A DNA stretch of 64,000 nucleotides from Verrucomicrobiota bacterium (lineage in GTDB: Bacteria; Verrucomicrobiota; Verrucomicrobiia; Opitutales; Coraliomargaritaceae): contig JAAAPI010000101.1 in assembly GCA_009908325.1 (NCBI GenBank), forward strand, positions 17,117-81,116, written 5' to 3'. The notes beneath the pieces are model-generated. The model searched no databases. It was given only the letters and a program-made list of their open reading frames with translations, and was not told the DNA's origin. Positions 39,404-51,000 of this stretch are shown here, piece after piece. The first letter of the stretch is position 1; each line of letters starts with the position of its first letter. A program made the position numbers and the translations under genes.

Positions 39404-41074
39404 ATGGACCTTCCCGAACTCACTCTGCTGCTGAATCTTGGCTTTATCGTCATCACGGCGGCAGTGTTTGCTTTTTTGGGTAAAGCGATCCGAATGCCGT
39501 CGATTGTGGCTTACATACTGGCGGGGATTACGCTGGGGCCGGTTTTCGGGCTGGTCGAATTGAGCCATTCGCTGCACCTGATCGCGGAAGTGGGCATCGC
39601 CCTGCTCCTCTTCCTTGTCGGGCTGGAGCTGAGCTTTGCCAAGATTCGCGACGTGGGCAGAGTGGCCATTGTGGCGGGCCTCGGGCAGGTCGTTTTCACC
39701 GCGCTCGGTGGACTGGGGCTGTGCCTGGTGCTGGGGTTTGACTTTCTTTCGGCGCTGTTTCTCTCCGTTGCGCTAACTTTCAGCAGCACCGTGGTGGTGG
39801 TCAAATTGCTCGACCAAAAGGGGGAGCTGGGGCGGCTCTATGGGCGCATCGCGGTGGGGATATTTTTGGTGCAGGACCTCGTGGTGATCGGAGTGCTGAC
39901 CCTGCTGACCGGTTTGCAGGTGGGCGGCAGCTTCGAGATCGGCGCGATTCTCACCGGTTTGGCCAAGGCGACTGGGGGGATGCTTGTGCTCCTCGCGGTG
40001 ACGCTGCTGGCCTCCCGCTATGTCTTGCCGAAGCCCTTCGCTTGGGCAGCGCGGAGCCAGGATACCAGCTTCATCTGGGCGCTCTTTTGGTGCTTCCTCG
40101 TCACGGCGCTGGCGGGGCTGATGGGGCTCTCGGTGGAGGTGGGTGCTTTCCTCGCAGGAATCGCGCTGGCACAACTGCCCTACAATGACGACCTGCATCG
40201 GCGTCTGCATCCGCTCATGAATTTCTTCGTGGCGATCTTTTTCGTGACCCTTGGGGTGCAGATGAACCTGGGAGCGGCTCAGGAATATTGGGTTTCAGCG
40301 CTGGTGCTCTCGGTCTTTGTTATCGTGGGAAATCCACTGATCTTCCTGATCATCATCACGCGGATGGGTTACAGCGAGCTAACGGCTTTTCGGACAAGCG
40401 TGACGGTGGCGCAGATCAGCGAATTCTCCTTCGTCTTCGCGGCCATGGGCCTGGCGGCGGGCCTGGTTAGCGAGGGCATTCTTTCTATTGTGGCAGTGGT
40501 GGGTATCGTGACGATTGCGATTTCGGCTTACATGATCATCTACACCGAGCCACTCTATCGTTTCTGCAAACGCATCGGGCTCCTTAAGTTGTTCTTCGCG
40601 AAGCAGGAAGTGGAGGCGGAGGAAGCCTCGGCTCGGCAAAATCACATTATCGTGGTGGGCATGAATGCACTGGGCCGGGAGATTGTGCAAAAGCTTTCGC
40701 AGCGGGGTGAACATCTTCTCGCGATTGATACAGACCCGAACAAATTGTTGGGCCTGGGCGACGCCGAGACGATGATCGGCAACGTGGAGTATGAATCGGT
40801 GGTGGAAGAGATCGGACTGCGCCGGGCTCGGCTGTTGGCCTCGGCGCTGCAGATTGAAGACACGAACCACCTGCTGGCCTACCGCTGCCGCTCGGCCGGG
40901 GTGCCCTGCGCTATCCATGCCTTCGATATATCGGTCGTGGAGGATCTGCTGGAGTTGGATACGGACTACATGTTTATGCCGGCGGTGGATGGGGTGCGCG
41001 AGCAGCTCCTGCTGCTGGATCGAGCGATTGGCCCGACCAGGGCGAAACCTGCGGAGGAAGGTTTGGGCGAATGA
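39404..41074 (+). CDS. CPA2 cation:proton antiporter with TrkA-N (RCK) domain
   Basis: [30 protein letters not shown]; C-terminal HIIVVG...G. Confidence 0.9.
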   Translation: MDLPELTLLLNLGFIVITAAVFAFLGKAIRMPSIVAYILAGITLGPVFGLVELSHSLHLIAEVGIALLLFLVGLELSFAKIRDVGRVAIVAGLGQVVFTALGGLGLCLVLGFDFLSALFLSVALTFSSTVVVVKLLDQKGELGRLYGRIAVGIFLVQDLVVIGVLTLLTGLQVGGSFEIGAILTGLAKATGGMLVLLAVTLLASRYVLPKPFAWAARSQDTSFIWALFWCFLVTALAGLMGLSVEVGAFLAGIALAQLPYNDDLHRRLHPLMNFFVAIFFVTLGVQMNLGAAQEYWVSALVLSVFVIVGNPLIFLIIITRMGYSELTAFRTSVTVAQISEFSFVFAAMGLAAGLVSEGILSIVAVVGIVTIAISAYMIIYTEPLYRFCKRIGLLKLFFAKQEVEAEEASARQNHIIVVGMNALGREIVQKLSQRGEHLLAIDTDPNKLLGLGDAETMIGNVEYESVVEEIGLRRARLLASALQIEDTNHLLAYRCRSAGVPCAIHAFDISVVEDLLELDTDYMFMPAVDGVREQLLLLDRAIGPTRAKPAEEGLGE

Positions 41075-42654
41075 GCGAGATGGCAATACTACTGCTGGCG
41101 GCGGCGATTGCTTTTGGGATATCGAAGTTTCTGCGGTTGCCATCGATCCCACTGCTACTGCTCGCCGGGGCGGGGCTGAATGCGCTGGCGAACTACGCGG
41201 CGGTCGAGGTGCCGCAGGATTTGATTCGCGATATGATCGAAATCGGTCTGGCCGTGCTCGTCTTCGCGGCGGGGGTGGAGCTGAGCCCGCGGCGCATGCG
41301 CGGGCGGGCCCGGGCCGTTACGATCCTTGCGGTGATTCAGTTTTTCACTCTGGGCCTGGCCGGGGGGTTGACGGCGGTCTGGCTTGGCTACGGGTGGACG
41401 ACTTCGCTCTACATTGGTTGTGCGCTGTCGGCCAGTTCCACGCTGGTCGTGGTGCGGCATTTGCAACAGCGGCGGCAGATGTTTGAGCCTTACGGTCGGC
41501 TCGTGCTGGGAGTCCTGTTGCTGCAGGATATCTTCATCGTGCTGATCATGGTGGCATTGATCAAAGCCCCCGAGGGTTGGCTCATGGTCGTGCATGGTCT
41601 GGCCAATGCCATCGCCCTGGGTTTTCTCGCCGTGGGTTTCCACCGCTGGGTGGTCCCCTTCGTGGTCAAGCGGATGAAGCTCGACGAAGAGGAGTTGATG
41701 CTGGGTGCCTTGGCGGTGCTCTTCGCGTTTTCGGCTATGGCCTATCTGCTGGACCTGCCCTTCCTCGTCGGGGCCTTCCTGGCGGGCTTTGCCATCTCGG
41801 CTTTTCCCATGAATGGCCTCGTGCGGGGGATGTTGGGCTCGCTGAGCGGCTTCTTCCTTGCCTTGTTTTTCATCAGTGCGGGTGCCTTTCTGACGCTCCC
41901 GAGTGGCGAGATGTTGGTGCACGGTTTGATTTTTATCGCCGTGCTGATTGTCGTAACGGTTCTGCTTGTCGCGATTGTCGCCGAGGTGGTGGGCTACTCC
42001 AGCCGGGCGGCGGTGGAGGCCGGACTGCTGCTCTCGCAAACCAGCGAGTTTTCGCTGCTCCTCGCCCTGACCGGTGTGGCGTCGGGGCAAATCTCCGGGG
42101 AGCTGTTTTCGCTTATCGCTCTGATCACTGTGAGCACGATGACGCTGACGCCCTTGCTTTCACGGGAAAGTGTGGCGCTTAGGCTCGTCAAGTGGCACCC
42201 CCGCTACCGAAGCGGCGAGTCCGCGTGTAAAGTCATGTCGGGGCACGCGGTGTTGCTCGGCTACGGACGCGCCGGACCGCGCACCCTGCACGCTTTGCAG
42301 GAACGCGGTATCGCCTGTGTGGTGGTCGACGAGGATTCGGGGGTGATTAAACATTTGATCGGCCAAGGTGTTCCTTGTGTGCAGGGGAACGGTTCGGATA
42401 TACGCACACTCGAGCGTGCGCACTGCCAGCAGGCCCGCGTCGTTTTTTGCTCCATGCGGCGGACACGCGATGCCCAGATGGCCCTGGATTACCTCAAAGA
42501 CAGCCCGACTAAAGTCATCGTGCGGGTTTTTGAACCCTTTGAAGAAGACGAGGTGCGGGCTGCCGGCGGCCACCCGGTGCAGACGGCATACGCGGCCTCG
42601 GCGCAATTTCTCGATTGGGTCGAGGTTAACCTGCCACAGTCAAGTGGCGGGTAG
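41071..42654 (+). CDS. second CPA2 cation:proton antiporter with TrkA-N domain
   Basis: [36 protein letters not shown]; ATGA-coupled to the upstream paralogue. Confidence 0.9.
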   Translation: MSEMAILLLAAAIAFGISKFLRLPSIPLLLLAGAGLNALANYAAVEVPQDLIRDMIEIGLAVLVFAAGVELSPRRMRGRARAVTILAVIQFFTLGLAGGLTAVWLGYGWTTSLYIGCALSASSTLVVVRHLQQRRQMFEPYGRLVLGVLLLQDIFIVLIMVALIKAPEGWLMVVHGLANAIALGFLAVGFHRWVVPFVVKRMKLDEEELMLGALAVLFAFSAMAYLLDLPFLVGAFLAGFAISAFPMNGLVRGMLGSLSGFFLALFFISAGAFLTLPSGEMLVHGLIFIAVLIVVTVLLVAIVAEVVGYSSRAAVEAGLLLSQTSEFSLLLALTGVASGQISGELFSLIALITVSTMTLTPLLSRESVALRLVKWHPRYRSGESACKVMSGHAVLLGYGRAGPRTLHALQERGIACVVVDEDSGVIKHLIGQGVPCVQGNGSDIRTLERAHCQQARVVFCSMRRTRDAQMALDYLKDSPTKVIVRVFEPFEEDEVRAAGGHPVQTAYAASAQFLDWVEVNLPQSSGG

Positions 42655-42703
42655 CGTGCCATCGAGATTTCCAGAGGTTAGAGGGCTCGAGACTGGGATG
42701 GAT

Positions 42704-43136
42704 TTACGATGGTCGGATTCGGCTAAGCGGTTTGGCCAGGACCTTATCAGCGAGTTGGATTTCCCTTGAACCTGGATAGACGACCCAAAGCATGTCCAGA
42801 CCCAGGTCGGCAATCGCTTGCTGCATCCTCGGCTAGAAAAGCCCTCGGGAAACCACCTCGCATCCAAAGTTGGTCCAATTGCCCGGGCCCGACCTCTCCC
42901 AAGCCAAACCCTTGCATCTCGATCATTTCGACCCGCCCCGCCAGGGACTTCGATGCCTGGCGCGAATGTCCGGTAGATGCGCTGCCTAGGATGAGAAATT
43001 GCGCGGGTGCATCTGGCCGGTCCGCCAACACGCGGAGAGCCGGAAAAATTTTCGGCTGCCGCTGAACTTCATCAATGACGACCAGGCCCTTAAGCCCTTG
43101 CAGCGCCGTCATGGGATTTTCCATCAGGTCGCCCAC
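42704..43136 (-). pseudogene. internally deleted AAA_14/DUF4143-type ATPase
   Basis: Walker B VVIDEVQ, FLILGSAS, SLAGRV, LWMRGGFP; then in another frame the family-like C-terminus ADLGLDMLWVVYPGSREIQLADKV*. No Walker A. Confidence 0.7.
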
Positions 43137-43169
43137 AAAGGGCGGGCGCCCAAAAAATAGCCTGTGTAT

Positions 43170-43625
43170 TTATTGGCACAATTTAATAACATCAAACGCC
43201 TCAAAAATAGAGAAATCCCGTGTGTTTGATGTGAGTAGGGTCGGCACGCCGTGATGGAAATAGATCGATGCGATTCGGGTGTCGTTGATCCGTTTGCGGC
43301 CCAGCCGATGCTCAGCCATCCAATCGAGATGCAGGCGGTTGCTTTCCATCGTAGGCAAAAGGCAAATCGTTTCCTGGCTCTGCATCCATGTTCGGACGAT
43401 TTGTAAGGCTTTGTGCATCGTGAGCGCGCACTCAAAGCGTCTGGGATCTGTCACGACATGGAGAAATTCATCGGCCACAGTGGGACAGATTGCCAGGATG
43501 CGGCCTTCGGAGAGGAACCGTTGGCAGAGCGAAACCGCTTTCGGGTGATTCGAATGCTCCAGTATCGTGTGGGCGACAAGGAATGCCGTGTCTAATCCGA
43601 CGAGAGATGCCCGCAGCTGTCGCAT
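43170..43625 (-). CDS. PIN-domain (VapC) toxin
   Basis: GLDTAFLV, EFLHVVTDPRRF, INDTRIA, LLTSNTRDF. Confidence 0.88.
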   Translation of the reverse strand: MRQLRASLVGLDTAFLVAHTILEHSNHPKAVSLCQRFLSEGRILAICPTVADEFLHVVTDPRRFECALTMHKALQIVRTWMQSQETICLLPTMESNRLHLDWMAEHRLGRKRINDTRIASIYFHHGVPTLLTSNTRDFSIFEAFDVIKLCQ

Positions 43626-43631
43626 ACTATC

Positions 43632-43871
43632 CTACAAATTCACCATCTCTCCGAGAAGATCGTCGTTCGCAGACATCGGCTTTAAGATTTTGCCCACAGA
43701 TTCCGGACGAAGATCCCTTAAGCTCTGTGCGCCCGAGTCCTGGATTTTCTTTTCGCGGTAGAGTTCCATTGCCTCGCGAATCAATTCAGCGGTTTTTCGA
43801 TCCTGCCGTTTCGCGTATTCTTTGAACTCCCTATACGTGCTTTCAGATACATTAACAGTAATAAGTTTCAT
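43632..43871 (-). CDS. RHH-type antitoxin
   Basis: MKLITVNVSE..YREFK..AK...RKTAELIREAMELY. Confidence 0.82.
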   Translation of the reverse strand: MKLITVNVSESTYREFKEYAKRQDRKTAELIREAMELYREKKIQDSGAQSLRDLRPESVGKILKPMSANDDLLGEMVNL

Positions 43872-44058
43872 ATGTATAAGTAACAATATGTTTGAACAGA
43901 GGTCAACATTGGCTGGAAGCGATAATCGTAATAAATAGTCCGGGGAATGATTAATAGTGAGCGATGATTAACCCGTATTTATTGTTTTGTGTTTTTCACC
44001 CCGCGCGTGAGGATTCCGCGCCATTTCTAAAAGTTCACGGTCGCTCGAAGCGCAGGCG

Positions 44059-44907
44059 CTACGAATTTTGTGTGACGAACAAGAAACGGGGCCGTTCGCT
44101 GAGGTCTTGCACGCTTTCGCCGCTTAGGCCGTGAGATGCGGCAGTCTCCTTCAGTATTGCGTGCTGGGCGATGCCGGTCTCCAGGGCGAGGAGGCCCCGG
44201 GGAGTCAGGAAGTCTTTGGCGGATGCGAGAATTTTACGCAGGTCATCAAGCCCATCGCAACCAGCGACCAGAGCGGTCGGTGGTTCGTGGACGGCGACTT
44301 CCGGCTCGGCGGTTTCCATCTCCGCTTCGGTCAAATAAGGTGGGTTGGCAACAATGAGGTCGAAATTTGCCTCCGGAGGCAGCGGCTCAAACCAGCTGCC
44401 TGCAAGGAATCGGATGCGTTCGGAGAGATCGAGTGCCCCGGAATTTTCCTTGGCCAGGGCCAGAGCGTCGGCGCTCTGATCAGTAGCGACGACTTCGGCT
44501 TCGGGATAATTTGTGGCCAGTGCGAGCGCCAGTGCCCCACTCCCCGTACCCAGGTCGAGGATACGCTTTGGGGCTGTGGTGAGGCGTTCGACAATGAGGT
44601 CGACGACTTCCTCAGTCTCGTGGCGGGGGATGAGGGCGCGGGCATCGACCTTAAGCGTGAGTCCGTAGAACTCGGTGCTGCCGACGATGTATTGTAGCGG
44701 CTCGCGGTTGGCCCGGCGCTTGACCAGCGGGCGCAGTTCCGCCAGTTGCGCCTCGGTTAGCGGGCGGTCCATGTCGAGGTAGAGGTCGAGCCGCTTCAGA
44801 CCAAGCGAGTGCGCGATGAGAATGTCGGCGTCCAGCTTGGCGTTGGGCACGCCCTTCTGCTCGAAGAAGGTTTCGGTGCGCGCTTTGATTTCGCGGATGG
44901 TGAGCAT
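44059..44907 (-). CDS. prmC: release factor glutamine methyltransferase
   Basis: [32 protein letters not shown]. Confidence 0.95.
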   Translation of the reverse strand: MLTIREIKARTETFFEQKGVPNAKLDADILIAHSLGLKRLDLYLDMDRPLTEAQLAELRPLVKRRANREPLQYIVGSTEFYGLTLKVDARALIPRHETEEVVDLIVERLTTAPKRILDLGTGSGALALALATNYPEAEVVATDQSADALALAKENSGALDLSERIRFLAGSWFEPLPPEANFDLIVANPPYLTEAEMETAEPEVAVHEPPTALVAGCDGLDDLRKILASAKDFLTPRGLLALETGIAQHAILKETAASHGLSGESVQDLSERPRFLFVTQNS

Positions 44908-44998
44908 ACCGAGCGATTTTCATTCTAACCGGTAATCTACGCAATACGTTAATCTTCCGATAAATACGTATTGACAAAATTAGATAGATCATAACGTT

Positions 44999-45547
44999 AT
45001 GCTTTTTATGAAAAAATCGGTGATCTTAGAGGCGCTCACACGTCTGGGCACTTTGGCGCGAGCTGAAGACATTCGCCTGGAAGTCTCCATTTACGGGGGA
45101 GCGGCCTTCCTGCTGGCCTACAACTCGCGGGAGGCGACTAAAGACATCGATGCCATCTTTCACCCCAGAGAAGCGGGTGATCGTCTGGTTGCGCGAGTCG
45201 CCCGGGAGCTGGATTTGCCGGAAGACTGGTTAAATTCGGACGTTTCGCAATTTATCTCGCCGAAGGTAGAGGCGAAGCGGCGGCTTGCAGAGATCGAGGC
45301 GCTTACGGGTTTGGTTGTTCATGTGCCCAGCGCCCAATATTTGCTGGCCATGAAGGCACTCGCCTGCCGACGGCCGATTGGAGCCTATCGAGGCGATGTG
45401 GATGACCTAAGTTTCCTCATTAAAAAGATGGAAATCCGGTCCATTGAGCCTATCCAGAAGGCCATTGACCGTTTCTATCCCGATGACGTGCTGCTCGCCC
45501 ACCACGAGTTGCTCCTCAAAAGTTTGATCGAAGAAACCAATGAATGA
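44999..45547 (+). CDS. DUF6036-like nucleotidyltransferase (putative toxin)
   Basis: IYGGAA.LLAY..REATKDID, DWLN, YLLAMK...R...D..D pol-beta-like NTase pattern; start may be 45008. Confidence 0.75.
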   Translation: MLFMKKSVILEALTRLGTLARAEDIRLEVSIYGGAAFLLAYNSREATKDIDAIFHPREAGDRLVARVARELDLPEDWLNSDVSQFISPKVEAKRRLAEIEALTGLVVHVPSAQYLLAMKALACRRPIGAYRGDVDDLSFLIKKMEIRSIEPIQKAIDRFYPDDVLLAHHELLLKSLIEETNE

Positions 45548-46055
45548 ATTCTGGAAACGCCCGGCCAATGCGGCGGAGATTGTTAAAGCATCGAGCGATG
45601 TGGAGTCTTTCGGTCGTAATCTTCGGGACTGGCAACACGAACTGCGCAAAGTGACCAGTCGCCGCGAGTTTGCGCTACGCATCGCTGAGCCACCTCCGCT
45701 GCTGCAAAATAAAATCAACGACCACCGCCAGTGTGATGCTTATTTAGCTGCCTATGTTGAATGGCTCTGCGAGCTCCACGGGGTGGCGGTTCCCGGATGG
45801 CTGAGTGATCCCCGGCGGGTGGCGGAGAAAGCCTGGTTTGACTACCCGCCGCTCTGGCGCGATAGCTTCGTGCACGCTCCGGCCGCATTCCGGCGGCGGG
45901 GTGTCTTTACCCGTCCGGATGATGTGTTGAAACTACGGCGGGGACGTCCGAGAGTCAGCGCTGCCGAAAAGCGCCGCAAGAGTGCCGAGCGGCAACGGCG
46001 TTACCGCGAACGGGTGCGGGAGAAGCTCGCGCGGCTCAAAGCGCTTCAAGGTTGA
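45540..46055 (+). CDS. hypothetical partner (putative antitoxin) with a basic C-terminal DNA-binding-like tail
   Basis: DAYLAA.VE.LC......P.W......P.AFRRRGVF, then RRGRPR...AERQRRYRER; overlaps the NTase stop. Confidence 0.7.
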   Translation: MNEFWKRPANAAEIVKASSDVESFGRNLRDWQHELRKVTSRREFALRIAEPPPLLQNKINDHRQCDAYLAAYVEWLCELHGVAVPGWLSDPRRVAEKAWFDYPPLWRDSFVHAPAAFRRRGVFTRPDDVLKLRRGRPRVSAAEKRRKSAERQRRYRERVREKLARLKALQG

Positions 46056-46168
46056 CCGCCTATGCACAACAGCACCCTCTCCGATGCTAAATCGAATCTG
46101 GGTGACGCCAGGACCATCCGCGAATCCTTTATTGACTTCCAGGCGCATCTCTACAGCGGCGGTGCGGC

Positions 46169-47257
46169 CTAGCTCTTCTGCTTGCTCAGCAAATTCTCAA
46201 TGCGGGCCTCGTAGTCGTGGTTTTGGAGTGCATCGATGAGATCACTCAGATCGCCGTCGATGATGGGCGGCAGGGAGAGGTTGAGACTGATGCGGTGGTC
46301 AGTCAGGCGGCCCTGGGGGTAGTTGTAGGTGCGAATGCGTTCGGAGCGGTCGCCAGTGCCGATCTGCCCCTTGCGCTCAGCGGCATACTTGGCGTTTTCC
46401 TCGTCGATCTTAACCTGAAGCAGTCGGGAGCGCATGACCGCGAGCGCCTTGGCGCGGTTTTTGATCTGCGAGCGTTCATCGGCGCAGTAAACCATGGTGC
46501 CGGTCGGCTTGTGCGTCATCTGCACGGCGGAATCGGTGGTATTGACGTGCTGGCCTCCGGACCCGCTGGCGCGGGCGGTCGTGATTTCGAGGTCGTTGGG
46601 GTTGATCTCGATATCGACTTCCTCCGCCTCGGGGAGCACGGCTACGGTTGCTGTGGAGGTGTGGATGCGGCCCTGGGTTTCGGTCGCTGGCACACGTTGG
46701 ACGCGGTGCACCCCACTCTCGAATTTCAGGTATTTGTAGGCGTCCTCGCCGCTAATGTTGAAAATAATTTCCTTGAATCCGCCCGCGTCGGCCAGACTGG
46801 AGCTGATCACCTCGATGCGCCAGCCCCGGGCCTCGGCGTAGCGGCTATACATGCGGAAGAGGTCACCGGCGAAGATATTGGCCTCGTCGCCCCCGGCCCC
46901 GCCGCGGATCTCCATGACGGAATTGCGGCTGTCGGTGGCGTCGGGCGGGATCATGAAACGGAGCACGTCATTCGCCAGCTGATCGCGCTGCGCTTTGAGG
47001 GATTCTAATTCCTCTACGGCCATATCCCGGAGTTCGGCCTCGACAGAGTCGTCCTTGCTCATGGCTTCGTTTTCTTCGATCTGCTCGACTATGGCGTGGT
47101 AGGCTTCAAACTTTTCCACGAGCGAGCTGAGGCGTTGTTGTTCACGGGCGACCTCGGCGGCACGGCGCTGGTCTGAATAAAAGTCGGGGTCGGCCATTTG
47201 GCCGTCGAGTTCGGCCAGCTTGGCGCGGAAGGGAGCTATGTCAGGGATGGTGTGCAT
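46169..47257 (-). CDS. prfA: peptide chain release factor 1
   Basis: [27 protein letters not shown] (PxT motif), [16 protein letters not shown]. Confidence 0.96.
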   Translation of the reverse strand: MHTIPDIAPFRAKLAELDGQMADPDFYSDQRRAAEVAREQQRLSSLVEKFEAYHAIVEQIEENEAMSKDDSVEAELRDMAVEELESLKAQRDQLANDVLRFMIPPDATDSRNSVMEIRGGAGGDEANIFAGDLFRMYSRYAEARGWRIEVISSSLADAGGFKEIIFNISGEDAYKYLKFESGVHRVQRVPATETQGRIHTSTATVAVLPEAEEVDIEINPNDLEITTARASGSGGQHVNTTDSAVQMTHKPTGTMVYCADERSQIKNRAKALAVMRSRLLQVKIDEENAKYAAERKGQIGTGDRSERIRTYNYPQGRLTDHRISLNLSLPPIIDGDLSDLIDALQNHDYEARIENLLSKQKS

Positions 47258-47329
47258 GGGCGGTCAACTGCGTTTCAATTATGCATTGCAGTGAATGCGA
47301 TAGCTGACAACAGTCCAGATTTACCTGCA

Positions 47330-48352
47330 ATGACAAAAAAGAACCTTCACCGCCAGAATATCGTCGCCTGCGTCTGGGATTTCGACAAGACGCTGATACC
47401 GGGCTACATGCAGGCACCGATCTTTGAGGCTTTCGGCATCGACGAGGAGCGGTTCTGGAAAGAGGTCAACGCCCTGCCGGAAATCTACGCAAAGCGCGGC
47501 ACGCGGGTCTCCCACGATACAATCTACCTCAATCATCTGCTCAGCTTCGTGAAAAACGGCTGCCTGAAGGGACTGACCAACAAGCGCCTGCGGGAACTCG
47601 GGCACGAGCTTACCTTCTATTCAGGGCTGCCGGATTTGTTCACCCGCTTGCAGGCCGTGGTCGAATCGCGGCCTGAATATAGAAAGCACAACATCAAGCT
47701 GGAGCACTACATCATCAGCACCGGCTTGGCGGAAATGATCAAGGGCAGCGCCATCGCGCCCTATGTGGACGGGATCTTCGGTTGCGAGTTTATTGAAGCG
47801 CCCCTGCCGCCGAATTATTCGAATCAGGACGAGTTGCCGCTGCACGTTGAGTTCGAGCTGAGCCAGATCGGGACGATCGTGGATAACACGATCAAGACAC
47901 GCTATATTTTTGAGATTAACAAAGGGAGCAACAAAAACCCCGAGATCGATGTGAATGCCTCGATGGATCGGGTGGATCGCCGCATCCCGATCGACCGGAT
48001 GATCTACACGGCCGACGGCCCCAGCGATGTGCCGGTTTTTTCCGTGGTCAAGGGCAATGGCGGTAAAGCCTACGCCGTATTCAACCCTGACAGCGAAGGG
48101 GAATTCGCACAAAACGACGCCCTCCTCCACGCCGGGCGGATCCACGCCTACGGCCCGGCGGATTATACCGAGAAGAGCACCACCGCGAAATGGCTGCGCA
48201 TGCATGTACGCGGCATCTGCGACCGAATCGTGGCCGAGTGCGAGGCCAGCCTCAGCGAAAAGATCAGCCGCGCACCGAGGCATTTGCACGCGGAGGATGA
48301 GGATGACGCGGAGGCAGCTGCGCCGGACGCACCGCAAAAGGAATTATTCTAA
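47330..48352 (+). CDS. HAD-superfamily hydrolase
   Basis: [21 protein letters not shown] motifs I-IV. Confidence 0.85.
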   Translation: MTKKNLHRQNIVACVWDFDKTLIPGYMQAPIFEAFGIDEERFWKEVNALPEIYAKRGTRVSHDTIYLNHLLSFVKNGCLKGLTNKRLRELGHELTFYSGLPDLFTRLQAVVESRPEYRKHNIKLEHYIISTGLAEMIKGSAIAPYVDGIFGCEFIEAPLPPNYSNQDELPLHVEFELSQIGTIVDNTIKTRYIFEINKGSNKNPEIDVNASMDRVDRRIPIDRMIYTADGPSDVPVFSVVKGNGGKAYAVFNPDSEGEFAQNDALLHAGRIHAYGPADYTEKSTTAKWLRMHVRGICDRIVAECEASLSEKISRAPRHLHAEDEDDAEAAAPDAPQKELF

Positions 48353-48359
48353 TTTATTC

Positions 48360-48384
48360 GTGGCGTGCGAGCTCGCTCGCGCCC
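48360..48384 (+). repeat. REP family E (uninterrupted copy)
   Basis: GTGGCGTGCGAGCTCGCTCGCGCCC. Confidence 0.7.
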
Positions 48385-48502
48385 TGGGTATTTTGGGCTA
48401 TTCCGGTCGTTCGCTCCATCCAGCTACAGGCCTGCGCAAGCGAAGATGCCCCGCACTACCGTTTGACATAAGTGAAAAGAATCATAAGCATCATACTTAC
48501 TC

Positions 48503-48961
48503 ATGGACATGCTTACAGCACTCTTTCTGGGCGCAATTTGTGGATTGATTGCCGCCACTGCTATGAATCTTTTTATGCGGTTGGTTGGCCGTTCGTTTGA
48601 TCGGCGAGCCGATATGGTGCGCGGCTTGGGCAGCTACTTCACCGGAAAACTGGACAACGCGGCTTTCGTGGGGACGGCCATTCACAGCGTGGCGGGTGTG
48701 GTTTTCGGAATGATTTATTTCGCCATCATGTTCTCAATGGGTGCGCTAATCTTCCCCTACGCAATTTTTCTGGGCCTCGGCTTCGGTTTCTTCCATGGCT
48801 TGATCACCAGCTACATGCTCATGTTTTACGCCAGCGAAAAGCATCCTCTGGAGGAATATCGCAAGGCCACTATGGAGGAAGGTGTGCTGCACCTTGTCGG
48901 CCACGTCATCTTCGGCCTCGTTGTCGGGCTGATTGGTGGTTTGGTCGCTTTGGGAGTGTGA
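48503..48961 (+). CDS. four-TM membrane protein
   Basis: Hydrophobic helices with His residues (IHSVAG, HLVGHVIFG). Confidence 0.75.
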   Translation: MDMLTALFLGAICGLIAATAMNLFMRLVGRSFDRRADMVRGLGSYFTGKLDNAAFVGTAIHSVAGVVFGMIYFAIMFSMGALIFPYAIFLGLGFGFFHGLITSYMLMFYASEKHPLEEYRKATMEEGVLHLVGHVIFGLVVGLIGGLVALGV

Positions 48962-49021
48962 TTGGTAAGGGCTTCAGCAGCGGAAGGCATGCGCCTGTCG
49001 AGTCGCTGGAGGACGGGTGCC

Positions 49022-49441
49022 CTATGCCCCCTGAAAACTGAGAACAATGCGCCTTCGGTGGCTCCGTTGCCGGTGCTCCCAGAGAAACACTCCCTGCCAG
49101 GTGCCGAGGCAGAGGCGTCCGTTGACAAATGGAATCACTTCGGCGGTTCGGGTGAGCGCCATTTTGATATGGCTCGGCATATCGTCCGCGCCCTCGAAGG
49201 TGTGGGTGAAATCGGGGTCGCCCTCCGGCACGAGTCGGTCGATGAAACGCTCCAAATCGCGACGGGCCGAAGGGTCAGCATTCTCCATGATAACGAGGCT
49301 GCAACTGGTATGACAACAGAAGACCGTGACGGTCCCCTCTTGCAGCCCGGATTCGAGAAGGACCGCTTCGATCTCGCCGGTGAATTCAGCCGTCGCTTTG
49401 CCCGGGGCGGCTACGGTGATTTCTTTGGTGTAAGCTGCCAT
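49022..49441 (-). CDS. yjbQ: YjbQ/UPF0047 family protein
   Basis: HTSCSL..MENADP...D, H..EG.DDMPSHIK, LGTWQGVFLWEH. Confidence 0.9.
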   Translation of the reverse strand: MAAYTKEITVAAPGKATAEFTGEIEAVLLESGLQEGTVTVFCCHTSCSLVIMENADPSARRDLERFIDRLVPEGDPDFTHTFEGADDMPSHIKMALTRTAEVIPFVNGRLCLGTWQGVFLWEHRQRSHRRRIVLSFQGA

Positions 49442-49602
49442 GATTCCGAGAAAAACCTATCTGCAAGCGGTTGAGAAGCTATTATGTCAATAATTACGTG
49501 TCAATAATTACGCAGGCTATTTATTGCAAAAAGAACTCATATATTTCCCATGAAACAAAATTCCTCTCTCGATAATTGAGAATTCACCGTTAAGTTGGAC
49601 TC

Positions 49603-50976
49603 ATGCGTAAAGAAAAAGACTCCATGGGCACGATGGACGTGCCGAACGATGCTCTCTATGGTGCCTCGACGCAACGCGCGGTGCTTAATTTCCCGGTCAG
49701 CGGCCATCAGATGCCGCGCGGGTTCATCCGCTGCTGCGGTTTGCTCAAGATGGCCTGCGCACGGGCGAACTTAAAGCTCGGCCGCCTCGACAAAGAGACG
49801 GCGGAAATGATCGAGAAGGTCGCGCTCGAAGTCTACGAAGGCCAGCACGCGGGTCACTTCCCGGTGGATGTCTTCCAGACGGGCTCGGGGACCTCGACGA
49901 ATATGAACGTCAATGAGGTGATCGCGAACCGATGCAGCCAATTGGCGGGACAACCCATCGGATCGCGCATACCAGTCCACCCGAACGACCACTGCAATCT
50001 GGGCCAATCCTCCAACGATACGATGCCTACCGTCCTCCACATGAGTGTGGCGCTCGAACTGCGCGACACCCTGCGCCCGGCCCTGAGGCAGCTGGAGCGC
50101 TCCCTGAACAAGCAGGCCAAGGCGTTTCGGGGTATCGTCAGAATCGGCCGCACGCACCTCATGGATGCCACGCCGGTTCGCCTGGGGCAGTCTTTTTCCG
50201 GCTACGCCGCCCAATTGAAAAAGGCCCAAAAGCGGGTGGATCGAGCCATCGCCTCATTACAGGAGCTGGCAATCGGAGGCACTGCGGTGGGAACCGGTAT
50301 CAATGGCCACCCGGAATTCGCTCCGCTGGTCGTGGCCTCTGTGAACAAGGCGACCGCGATGAAGTTTCGTGAAGCGGACAACCATTTCGAAGCCCAGGCC
50401 GGGCGCGATGACTGCGTGGAAGTGGCCGGACAGCTTCTGGCGATCAGCGCCAGCCTGACCAAGGTGGCCAATGATATTCGCCTGCTCGGCTCGGGCCCGC
50501 GCTGTGGATTAGGCGAACTGCAGCTGCCAGCCACTCAACCGGGATCCTCAATCATGCCGGGCAAAGTCAACCCGGTGATGAGCGAGATGCTGGTGCAGGC
50601 CTGCCTCTACGCCAATGGCCAGTGCCAAACCGTCGCCAACTGCGGACGCGATGGCCATTTTGAGCTGAATGTCACTATCCCGCTCATGGCCTATGCACTG
50701 CACGAGTCGATTCGCGTCTTGGCCAATGGAGCCGCACTCTTCGCCGAGCGTTGCATCGACGGACTGGAAGCCAACGAGGCGCAAATCGAGAAGTATTTGG
50801 AAGAATCGCTCATGCTTGTCACTGCCCTCAATCCACACATCGGCTACGACCAGGCGGCTCACGTGGCAAAACGCGCATTTGCCGAAGGGCGAACCTTGCG
50901 CGAGATCGTGCTGGAGGAAAAACTCATGCCGGCGAAAGACCTCGATAAAGCCCTCGATCCCAAAAAAATGGTTTAG
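49603..50976 (+). CDS. fumC: class II fumarate hydratase
   Basis: FQTGSGTSTNMNVNEV, HPNDH.N.GQSSND, GRTHLMDATP, GSSIMPGKVNP. Confidence 0.94.
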   Translation: MRKEKDSMGTMDVPNDALYGASTQRAVLNFPVSGHQMPRGFIRCCGLLKMACARANLKLGRLDKETAEMIEKVALEVYEGQHAGHFPVDVFQTGSGTSTNMNVNEVIANRCSQLAGQPIGSRIPVHPNDHCNLGQSSNDTMPTVLHMSVALELRDTLRPALRQLERSLNKQAKAFRGIVRIGRTHLMDATPVRLGQSFSGYAAQLKKAQKRVDRAIASLQELAIGGTAVGTGINGHPEFAPLVVASVNKATAMKFREADNHFEAQAGRDDCVEVAGQLLAISASLTKVANDIRLLGSGPRCGLGELQLPATQPGSSIMPGKVNPVMSEMLVQACLYANGQCQTVANCGRDGHFELNVTIPLMAYALHESIRVLANGAALFAERCIDGLEANEAQIEKYLEESLMLVTALNPHIGYDQAAHVAKRAFAEGRTLREIVLEEKLMPAKDLDKALDPKKMV

Positions 50977-51000
50977 CGGCCCGGCGGCGACATCTTCCAG

